DNA from: an uncultured Opitutia bacterium
GTDB lineage: Bacteria > Verrucomicrobiota > Verrucomicrobiia > Opitutales > UBA953
Direction: 5' to 3'
Assembly (NCBI GenBank): GCA_903879465.1
Contig: CAIRLQ010000266.1
Span: forward strand, 1-34,144
Length of the DNA: 34,144 nucleotides
Made by a program: the position numbers and the translations under genes. This document shows, one piece after another, positions 17,592-24,598 of the stretch. The notes below the pieces were generated by a model. The model searched no databases. It was not told where the DNA came from and saw nothing but the letters and a program-made list of their open reading frames with translations. Position 1 is the first letter of the stretch; the number at the start of each line of letters is the position of its first letter.

Positions 17592-18047
17592 TTAGACCTT
17601 ACCGCCGAAGCTCTGATGATCGTCTAAATCGAGCACATCAAACCAGGTGGTAATATCTTCGCGCTTTGCGCCAGCGGGGGTCGAAGACTGGTATTCGGTA
17701 AGTTTAGCCCGGCCAGCTGGTGCGCTGGGGGCGCGCTGCTCATGAAAAGCGCTGAATGCGGCGATTTCATAGCCCTGACGGGGCTTCTTGGCATTAGAAG
17801 TCATCCAGGAGAGAATCTCTCCATCGCCTAAACCCTTGTCAATCTGAGCCTTAAGTGCATCAGCATCAATTTCCAGGAAATCCAAGACGTTGCGATCAAG
17901 GGAACAGCCGTAGGTGTACTCGCCGTTTTTACCGGCTTTGGTTGCCCGGGCTTTATCAATCATCCGGGGAAGGATAACAAAGCCGCCAAGGCGAACGCGG
18001 GGGCTGCGGGGGGGGTGTTGCGTAAGATCGTAGAGGTCGTGGGGCAT
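17592..18047 (-). CDS. DUF5069 domain protein
   Basis: PRSPRVRLGGFVILPRMIDKARA...GEYTYGC.LD...LDFLEIDA matches my recollection of the DUF5069 signature. Stop lies 2 nt before the phosphatase start. Confidence 0.55.
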   Translation of the reverse strand: MPHDLYDLTQHPPRSPRVRLGGFVILPRMIDKARATKAGKNGEYTYGCSLDRNVLDFLEIDADALKAQIDKGLGDGEILSWMTSNAKKPRQGYEIAAFSAFHEQRAPSAPAGRAKLTEYQSSTPAGAKREDITTWFDVLDLDDHQSFGGKV

Positions 18048-18115
18048 AAGAAACCCGACCCTACCCCACCTTTGTCATTCTGCAAGGAAACAGGAGGTTT
18101 TGGAGGTTTGCCAAA

Positions 18116-18973
18116 ATGTCACACCTCCCCTACTTCTCCCCCATGACCCTTTCCGTGGCAGACCTCTCGGCCTATCCCTTGACCAAGGGATGCTGGCTGG
18201 GTTGCGCGGCGGTTTTCTTGGCGGCGGCTGTCCTCGACTGGTGGAGCTCTAAAAGGGACGACCATCAGTTGAAGGTCGCCAGTCTTTGGCTTCTCCGCGG
18301 CGGCTGGCTGACGCTCACCGTGATGCTGGCCTACCATGGACTGCGTGCCCACACCCTCCCCATCAACTCCCCGGCGGAGATACTGCTGTCGATTGGCTGG
18401 GGGCTCACCGGTTTGGCGGGTTTTTTAGATCTCACCTTTAATCATCGTCTGCCAACCTGGGCGATTGCCGCCGCCGCCGCGATTTGTTTGCTCGCGGCCT
18501 CTTTCGTGTGGGATCCGTTCTTATTGCATGAAGCCAGCGGTAAGCCGCTGATCGCGATGCACGTGGGTGCCGCAATCCTCGCTTACTGCGTCCTCGCGGC
18601 TCAAGCCTTGAACTCAGCCGCTTATCTTCTGCAACACCGGGCTTTGGAGCGGCGGCAGTTCGGCGGCATCTATTCGTTGCTGCCGGCGCTCGTTCCGCTG
18701 GATCGCATCGGGAGCCAGATGCTCGGCGCCGCCGTCTGGTTGCTCGGGCTTTCCTTAGTCATCGGCGCCACCGACTGGGTGCAGCGCGATCTTCCTCCGC
18801 CGGGTTTCCCCAAACTTGCCTCCTCGCTCATCGCTTGGGCCGCCGCTCTTTTTGTCACCGTGCAGCGGCGCCGGAATCGTCTCTCTGGGGCGGCGTTCGC
18901 GCGCGCCTCGTTATGGGCGTTTATCCCGGCGCTCATCGCTCTCTACTTCGCTTTCCAGCCCGTGGCAAAATGA
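18116..18973 (+). CDS. Cytochrome c assembly family membrane protein (CcsA/YpjD/HemX-like)
   Basis: About 8 TM helices. Motif region AAYLLQHRALERRQFGGIYSLLPALVPLDRI resembles the YpjD/HemX class. ATGA-coupled to hemA. Confidence 0.62.
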   Translation: MSHLPYFSPMTLSVADLSAYPLTKGCWLGCAAVFLAAAVLDWWSSKRDDHQLKVASLWLLRGGWLTLTVMLAYHGLRAHTLPINSPAEILLSIGWGLTGLAGFLDLTFNHRLPTWAIAAAAAICLLAASFVWDPFLLHEASGKPLIAMHVGAAILAYCVLAAQALNSAAYLLQHRALERRQFGGIYSLLPALVPLDRIGSQMLGAAVWLLGLSLVIGATDWVQRDLPPPGFPKLASSLIAWAAALFVTVQRRRNRLSGAAFARASLWAFIPALIALYFAFQPVAK

Positions 18974-20010
18974 GCGATCGCCCGAAGAATCTCGTGGCGC
19001 TAAGCGCCACGCATCGTACTGCCGGGCTTGACGAGCGTGCGGCGTTCACGCTTCCGGCGGGCGGGGCGGAAGTCTTTTATAAAGAAGCCCGTGAGGCTGG
19101 TCTGGCGGAGACAGTACTGCTGGCGACGTGCAACCGACTGGAAGCTTACGCAGTCGGCGATGAAGCCGCAGCCTTGCACTTGCGCCATGCCCTAATGAAG
19201 GCCACGGGAGCTCCCCCGGAAGCGTTGGATCGGCATCTCCGCCCTGTGCCCGGACTTCAGGCGGTCGAACATCTTTTCGCGGTCGTCTCCGGATTGGAGT
19301 CGCAGATGGTGGGTGAAGTCGAAATCGCCGGTCAGGTGAAGGACGCTTATGCTGATGCCTTGGCGCGCGGCATGACCGGCCCGGTACTCAACCGAATTTT
19401 CCAGCGGGCTTTCCAAGCCGGCGCCTGGGCCCGGACGAATACAGGAATTTCTCAAGGGCAAGTCAGCCTCGGTAATGTCGCCGTCGATCTGGCGATGCGG
19501 GTGTTTGGGTCGCTTACCGAAGCGCGCGTTCTGGTGCTTGGTACGGGCGACGTGGGCCGGCAGGTCGTCCAAGCCTTGGTTTCCCGTGGTGCCGCCCAGG
19601 TCTCCGTCGCCTCCCGCACTTTTGAAAATGCGCGCGTGCTGGCTGAGGAATTTTCTGGAGCCTCTCTCTCCTTGGCAGATGCGCTGCGTCAGGCGCATGC
19701 GCATGATGTCATCGTTGGTTGCGCGAAGGTGGAGCGGGCCTTGCTCGACGAAGACACTTTGCGCGAGCTGACCGCCCGGCGTCAGGGCCGTCCGCTGTTG
19801 CTGGTCGACCTCGGCGTCCCTCGAAATTTTGATGCGGCCGCGCGATCCCTCGCGGGCACTTATCTCTGCGATCTCGATGACCTCGCTGGGGTCGCCAATA
19901 CGAATCTCAAGGCGCGTCTCGCCGAAGTCTCACGTGCCCGCACGGCTTTGGCTGAGAAGGCCGCTCGGGCCTGGGGTGCGGCGAATCATCAGGCCGGCAC
20001 CGAGGCCTAA
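18970..20010 (+). CDS. hemA: Glutamyl-tRNA reductase (short form, ~346 aa)
   Basis: Catalytic LATCNRLEAY, FAVVSGLESQMVGE, NADPH site VLVLGTGDVGRQV, LLVDLGVPRNFD. Start taken at the ATG overlapping the upstream stop; the track start at 18835 is an out-of-context extension. Confidence 0.85.
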   Translation: MSDRPKNLVALSATHRTAGLDERAAFTLPAGGAEVFYKEAREAGLAETVLLATCNRLEAYAVGDEAAALHLRHALMKATGAPPEALDRHLRPVPGLQAVEHLFAVVSGLESQMVGEVEIAGQVKDAYADALARGMTGPVLNRIFQRAFQAGAWARTNTGISQGQVSLGNVAVDLAMRVFGSLTEARVLVLGTGDVGRQVVQALVSRGAAQVSVASRTFENARVLAEEFSGASLSLADALRQAHAHDVIVGCAKVERALLDEDTLRELTARRQGRPLLLVDLGVPRNFDAAARSLAGTYLCDLDDLAGVANTNLKARLAEVSRARTALAEKAARAWGAANHQAGTEA

Positions 20011-20014
20011 ACTT

Positions 20015-21397
20015 ATGAAACCCACCGTTCTTATCGTCGACGACGAGAAGCATTCGCGCGAAGGCCTGCGTTCCGCTCTCGAGGACAAGTATGAAGTCTT
20101 TGTTGCCAAGGATGCGGTCGAAGCCGCCCGGCTGATGCAGGACGTGCCCCCCGACGCCGTGCTCACGGATTTGCGCATGGCTGGTGAAGACGGGATGGCG
20201 GTGATTGATCGAGCGCTGAAATTAGCCAGTCAACCGGTCTGCATCATGATGACGGCCTATGGTGATGTGGAGACGGCGGTCCAAGCGATGAGTCGCGGAG
20301 CTTATTGGTTCATGCAGAAACCGGTCGACCTGCGCCAGGTGGAGATTCTCCTCGAGCGTGGACTCAAGGCCCGCACCACCGAGAAGGAAGTCGTGACGCT
20401 GAAGACGCGCTTGGACCGGAAATTCTCCCTGGGCGAAGTCATCGGCTCTTCGGCCGCGTTGCAGCGTTCCATTGAGCAGGTCCGCTCCGTAGCATCTTCC
20501 AACGCCACCGTCCTCTTGTTGGGCGAGACCGGTACGGGCAAGGAACTCTTCGCGCAGATGATTCACCAGGCCAGTCAACGCGCCAAGGGCCCGTTCATGG
20601 CTGTTCATTGCGCAGCCATTCCGGCCAATCTGCTCGAGTCGGAATTATTCGGCCACGAGAAAGGTGCCTTTACGGGTGCGAACGAACGCCGCGTCGGCCG
20701 ATTTGAATCCGCGGATGGTGGCACACTCTTTCTGGACGAAATCGGCGAGATTGATGCCACCACACAGGTGAAACTATTGCGCTTTCTCGAAACGCGCTCG
20801 GTGGAGCGATTGGGCTCGCATAAGCCCATCGCGCTCGACCTTCGGCTCGTCTGCGCGACGAATCGCGACCTGAACCAGTTGGTGCGCGAGGGGAAATTCC
20901 GTGAAGATCTCTTCTATCGGCTCTCGGTGGTGCCGCTCCGGCTTCCGCCGTTGCGCGAACGTCAGGATGACGTTCCCCTCCTGCTTGCTCATTACCTGGA
21001 GCGATTCGCGAAGGAGAATGGTGTCGCCCCCGCGAAACTTTCCCCGGAAGTGCAAACCATCCTCGTTCGCTATGCCTGGCCGGGTAACATTCGTGAGCTA
21101 CGCAACGCCAGCGAGAACCTGGCGGTGCTTCGCGCGGGTAAGCTCGTCGCCCCCGCGGATTTAGACCCGCGCTTTACCCAGGCGCCCATGCCGCTCGCGT
21201 TGGCGCCTGGCACGCTGTCGGTCTCCCCGAATATGTTGGACCGTGAGCAGAATGAGAAACAGCTCCTCAAGCAGGCCTTATCTACCGCTGGAGGTAATCG
21301 CACCAAAGCCGCCGACCTTATGGGTATTTCGCGCCGCACTTTGCACCGAAAATTACTGCAGTGGCCCGAGCTGGATCCGGGTCCGGAGCAAGCGTGA
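20015..21397 (+). CDS. Sigma-54-dependent response regulator (NtrC family: receiver + AAA+ + Fis-type HTH)
   Basis: Receiver VLIVDDE...VLTDLRMAGEDG. Walker A GETGTGKE. GAFTGA loop (EKGAFTGA). Walker B LFLDEIG. C-terminal HTH NRTKAADLMGISRRTLHRKL. Confidence 0.9.
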   Translation: MKPTVLIVDDEKHSREGLRSALEDKYEVFVAKDAVEAARLMQDVPPDAVLTDLRMAGEDGMAVIDRALKLASQPVCIMMTAYGDVETAVQAMSRGAYWFMQKPVDLRQVEILLERGLKARTTEKEVVTLKTRLDRKFSLGEVIGSSAALQRSIEQVRSVASSNATVLLLGETGTGKELFAQMIHQASQRAKGPFMAVHCAAIPANLLESELFGHEKGAFTGANERRVGRFESADGGTLFLDEIGEIDATTQVKLLRFLETRSVERLGSHKPIALDLRLVCATNRDLNQLVREGKFREDLFYRLSVVPLRLPPLRERQDDVPLLLAHYLERFAKENGVAPAKLSPEVQTILVRYAWPGNIRELRNASENLAVLRAGKLVAPADLDPRFTQAPMPLALAPGTLSVSPNMLDREQNEKQLLKQALSTAGGNRTKAADLMGISRRTLHRKLLQWPELDPGPEQA

Positions 21398-22248
21398 GAA
21401 ATATTTCGACGTGCTTGGTCCTTTTCGCGTCCGCCGTGGCGGTCGCGGCTGATATCGGTGGAACCGATGTACTGGCCGGGGCTTTCGCTAAGAAACTGGA
21501 AACTTCCGGGGCGTTGGTGGCGGATTTTGCGGGCACCCTTCCCGGTCGTCAGGCTTTCTTGGGGGGCCGGGTGAGCGCCGCGATTTTACTTATGCGTGAG
21601 CACGAGAAGGCACCGGCTTTGGCAGGGAAGGTTCCGGTGGAGGAATTCCGCCTCGGCGCTGCGGTCGGGGTGGTGGCTGTTCATGCATCCAATAAGACGG
21701 AACAGCTGACCCTGGAGAACTTGGTCGCCATCTTCTCAGCCGAAGCGCGCAGCTCGGCCTTGAATTGGAATGATCTTACTGCCCGTGCGCGCTCCGAGAT
21801 TATCACTCCGGCGGTGTGCTCGCCCCCGGGCACCATGGCGTTAGAGGTTTTTCAGGGGCTTGTTATGGAGGGCGCTTCCTTTCGCGGAGACGTTCGTCTC
21901 CGGGTCGACGCAGGCTTAGCTTCCGACTTACTCGCTTCGCGGGCTGGTTCGGTCGTATTGCTTCCGCGTCCTCCTATCGGGCCTGGTCGAGTGCTACCTG
22001 TCGCTGATGGGCGGGCGGGTCGGTCGACGACGGCTTATCTTCCGGATGAGAATAATGTCCATAATGGCGACTACCCCGTTCAGCTTCCGCTTATGGTTTA
22101 TGTCCGGCAGGATAAGCTAGCAGCATTGAAGCCCGCTTTAAGGTGGCTCTTCTCCGATGAAGCGGCGGCTCTCCTTGAAAAGCAGGGCCTCTTCCCTGCT
22201 CCGAAGGCGGCACGGGACCGTTTTGCCCAAAGGCTTGACACTCGGTAG
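21394..22248 (+). CDS. PstS-like periplasmic substrate-binding protein (PBP-like_2 superfamily), stand-alone
   Basis: Signal peptide after the GTG at 21394 (GTGA overlap with the regulator stop). PstS-family blocks (LTLENLVAIFS...NWNDL, PPGTMALEVF, NGDYPVQLPLMVYV). No pstCAB or phoU nearby. Confidence 0.62.
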   Translation: MRNISTCLVLFASAVAVAADIGGTDVLAGAFAKKLETSGALVADFAGTLPGRQAFLGGRVSAAILLMREHEKAPALAGKVPVEEFRLGAAVGVVAVHASNKTEQLTLENLVAIFSAEARSSALNWNDLTARARSEIITPAVCSPPGTMALEVFQGLVMEGASFRGDVRLRVDAGLASDLLASRAGSVVLLPRPPIGPGRVLPVADGRAGRSTTAYLPDENNVHNGDYPVQLPLMVYVRQDKLAALKPALRWLFSDEAAALLEKQGLFPAPKAARDRFAQRLDTR

Positions 22249-22274
22249 GGCGTTTGGTCTGCTTCCCTCCCAAC

Positions 22275-22349
22275 GCGCGCGTAGCTCAATGGTAGAGTAC
22301 CACCTTGCCAAGGTGGCTGTTGCTGGTTCAAGTCCAGTCGCGCGCTCCA
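22275..22349 (+). tRNA. tRNA-Gly (anticodon GCC), CCA encoded
   Basis: Hand-folded cloverleaf: acceptor GCGCGCG/CGCGCGC, D-arm GCTC-AATGGTA-GAGT, anticodon arm CCACC-TTGCCAA-GGTGG, variable CTGTT, T-arm GCTGG-TTCAAGT-CCAGT, discriminator T, CCA. Confidence 0.9.
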
Positions 22350-22364
22350 CTTTAAAAATGGAGC

Positions 22365-22394
22365 AAAAACCCGCCGAAAAAACGGCGGGTTTTT
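22365..22394. terminator. Bidirectional rho-independent terminator
   Basis: aaaaaCCCGCCG-aaaaaa-CGGCGGGttttt. The GC stem is flanked by an A-run and a T-run. It sits between the tRNA-Gly 3' end and the convergent kinase stop (22406). Confidence 0.8.
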
Positions 22395-22405
22395 CATTTC
22401 AGGAC

Positions 22406-23644
22406 CTATTCGGAAGCTGGCAGGGTCACGACAATGCGTAACCCCCGGGGATTCACTAGTTCGGCGGTCGCTGAACCGCCGTGGAGTTCAGCCACTTGGC
22501 GGACGATGCTCAGGCCCAGGCCACTTCCTCCTGCCTTTCGGGATTTATCCGTGCGGTAGAATCGGTCGAAGAGTCGGTAGAGTTCTGCCTGGGGGACCCC
22601 TGCCCCATCATCTTGTACGCGGAGCTCCACTCCGTTGACGGTATTCCGGGTGCTGATCGTGAGAAGGCTCATGCCGGAGGCATGGGCCAAGGCATTATCA
22701 ATGAGGTTCTGAATCAAGCGCCTGGCTTGCACGGGATCCGCGTCGGCATTCGCCGCTTCGAGGCGGAGCTCAAGGTGTACGCCGGCCGCCTTACAGCGGG
22801 CGGCAAATTCCTCGGCCACTTCGCGGGCCGCGATATGAAGTGCCTCTGGTTCGCGGCGAACACCTTGAGCTGTCTCTAGGCTAGCTAAGGCGAGTAACCC
22901 TTCGACGAGACCTTGGAGCCTACCCACGGAACTTACGATTTTCAGTACGAATCGTCCGCGGTCCTCCGCGGACATGGTAGCCTGGTCCTCCGCCAAGGTC
23001 TCCGCGTAGCCACGCAGGATGGTGACGGGCGTGCGGAGATCGTGAGAGACATTGGTCACGAAATCGCGCTCCATCGCCTGGAGCCGTTTCAAGGCGGTGA
23101 CGTCCGCCAACACGAAAATAGCGGCGTCTTCCCCAAAGGCATCCGGATCGGTGCGAGCACCGGCGCCTTGGATCCAGACGTCGGCGAGCGGGGCCCGATT
23201 CAGTAGGATGGTCGAGCGTGCGTCGCCGGCCACGCGCACCTGGCGGATGAGCTCGATAAAGTCGGCGCTGCGCACGAGCGGGACAATCGGGCCGCCGACA
23301 TCACCCGGATTGAGATTGAAAAGAGCGGATGCCGCCGGGTTCGCGAGGCGAAGACGATCCTGTGCGTCGACGACGAGGACAGCGTCGGTCAGCGGTGCGA
23401 GCAAGGCTTCGATGCGCCGCGATGCCGCAGCGCGGATTTCGCTTTCATTCGCCGAGCGACTTTCGATGGAGAGGAAGAGCTCATCCAGTCTCATGGTACG
23501 TACGAGCCATCCGCGCGGCCGCTCGGAGGCCTCGCCGCGAAGCATCGCGCGGCGTGCCCAGCGGACACAGCGTCCAATTTCGGCCAGCGCCCAGCCGAAC
23601 AGCACGGCGATCGCTAAGAGGAGCAGCCAAGGAATCCAAGACAT
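22406..23644 (-). CDS. Sensor histidine kinase (PhoR-like: TM, PAS, HisKA, HATPase_c)
   Basis: N-terminal TM helix, H-box FVTNVSHDLRTPVTILRGYAE, N-box LIDNALAH, G-boxes QDDGAGV / GGSGLGLSIV. Confidence 0.88.
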   Translation of the reverse strand: MSWIPWLLLLAIAVLFGWALAEIGRCVRWARRAMLRGEASERPRGWLVRTMRLDELFLSIESRSANESEIRAAASRRIEALLAPLTDAVLVVDAQDRLRLANPAASALFNLNPGDVGGPIVPLVRSADFIELIRQVRVAGDARSTILLNRAPLADVWIQGAGARTDPDAFGEDAAIFVLADVTALKRLQAMERDFVTNVSHDLRTPVTILRGYAETLAEDQATMSAEDRGRFVLKIVSSVGRLQGLVEGLLALASLETAQGVRREPEALHIAAREVAEEFAARCKAAGVHLELRLEAANADADPVQARRLIQNLIDNALAHASGMSLLTISTRNTVNGVELRVQDDGAGVPQAELYRLFDRFYRTDKSRKAGGSGLGLSIVRQVAELHGGSATAELVNPRGLRIVVTLPASE

Positions 23645-23694
23645 CTGCGGGAAATCCTGTCAGGCTTCGGCCGACGCGCGAGCGCAAACCCTTT

Positions 23695-24390
23695 TCAGCC
23701 GTTCACGCGATATCCGACACCTCGTACCGTATCGATCACGTCGCCGGCGGGGCCGAGTTTTTCACGGAGCCGGCGCACGTGCGTATCGACCGTGCGCGTT
23801 TCCAGGTCGGGGGAATAATTCCAGACATCAGCGAGCAGCTCTTCGCGCGATTGTACCCTGCCCTTGCGCTCGATTAAAAGACGGAGTAATTTGAATTCGG
23901 TCGCCGTGAGTTCGACCACCTTGCCCGCGGCGGTGACTTCGTGGCGCTCGATGTCGAGCAGCAGTGCACCCGCAGCGAGACGCGTCGAAGGTTTGGCTGC
24001 CGCTGATTTCGCACGGCGCAGGAGAGCCTGCGCACGCAGCATCAGCTCGCGCGTATCAAATGGTTTCGTCACATAATCATCCGCTCCCGATTCGAGGCCT
24101 TTCACTTTATCGGCGGTCTCCCCTTTTGCCGTCAGGAAAATCACCGGGGTGTCCTGGAGGAGTGCATCGGCGCGGACCATGCGCAGCAACTGCACGCCGG
24201 TGAGCTCCGGCATCATCACATCGAGGATGATTAGGTCGGGGCGGAAATCCCGGGCTAGGCCGATGGCCCGCAGTGGGTCGTTCAAGGTCCGGATGGCATA
24301 CCCCGCCTGCTTGAATTTGTAGTCCAGCAGTTCGGTCACGTCGGACTCATCGTCGACGATCAGGATGCGCTTGAGATGTTCGGCGTCCAT
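23695..24390 (-). CDS. OmpR/PhoB-family response regulator (receiver + winged helix)
   Basis: ILIVDDE...DLIILDVMMPELTG...TAKG receiver. C-terminal LTATEFKLLRLL...VDTHVRRLREKL...TVRGVGYR winged-helix DNA-binding domain. Confidence 0.9.
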   Translation of the reverse strand: MDAEHLKRILIVDDESDVTELLDYKFKQAGYAIRTLNDPLRAIGLARDFRPDLIILDVMMPELTGVQLLRMVRADALLQDTPVIFLTAKGETADKVKGLESGADDYVTKPFDTRELMLRAQALLRRAKSAAAKPSTRLAAGALLLDIERHEVTAAGKVVELTATEFKLLRLLIERKGRVQSREELLADVWNYSPDLETRTVDTHVRRLREKLGPAGDVIDTVRGVGYRVNG

Positions 24391-24445
24391 GGGAAGGCCT
24401 ACACTTAATCTCCTCCTAACTCAGAGCGCCAGAGTTAGGTGACGA

Positions 24446-24464
24446 ATGAAACAAACATGAAACA
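24446..24464 (-). promoter_or_regulatory. Pho-box-like direct repeat (TGTTTCAT-N3-TGTTTCAT, 11-bp phase) upstream of the PhoB-like regulator
   Basis: Exact 8-mer ATGAAACA at 24446-24453 and 24457-24464 (plus strand), 56-74 nt upstream of the ATG at 24390. Lies in an AT-rich intergenic region that also holds a perfect TATAAT on the minus strand (24497-24492). Confidence 0.3.
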
Positions 24465-24555
24465 GGCACCTATTATTAGGTTAAACTATTGATTATAAAC
24501 AGTTTACAAAAGTAAGAAACACGAACGTCACACCTTGCGGCCACAATCTTTACAA

Positions 24556-24582
24556 GGGGCTGTTCCACGTGGAACAACGCCC
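24556..24582 (-). terminator. GC-rich hairpin immediately 3' of mnmG (possible terminator, weak U-tract)
   Basis: The minus-strand RNA GGGCGUUGUUCC-ACGU-GGAACAGCCCC can form a stem of about 11 bp. Outer arms CCACAA (24541-24546) / TTGTGG (24592-24597). It is followed only by CUUGUAAAGAUU, with no clean U-run. Confidence 0.35.
24561..24576. repeat. Perfect 16-bp palindrome TGTTCCACGTGGAACA, copy 1 (intergenic)
   Basis: Read directly from the sequence. Identical core to copy 2 at 25728-25743. Confidence 0.95.
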
Positions 24583-24598
24583 TTCCCTGCTTTGTGGT

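Noticed and set aside
22275-22349. tRNA-Gly as a possible integration site for a genomic island
   Set aside because: There is no integrase or recombinase. I noticed no duplicated tRNA 3' segment, and the flanking genes are ordinary regulators with composition like the rest of the window.
23052-23894. 280-aa plus-strand ORF (and the nested 182-aa ORF) opposite the histidine kinase and response regulator genes
   Set aside because: It spans two clearly real minus-strand genes plus their intergenic gap, and its sequence is Arg/Ser/Ala-rich and low-complexity. It is an antisense artefact.
24561-24576. Reading the palindrome as a LexA (SOS) box
   Set aside because: Its arms, TGTTC/GAACA, match what I recall as the Verrucomicrobia-type LexA motif TGTTC-N4-GAACA (recollection, not verified). 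Here the spacer is 6 bp (CACGTG), not 4, and neither copy precedes a DNA-repair gene. I keep it as an unexplained motif rather than calling it an SOS box.
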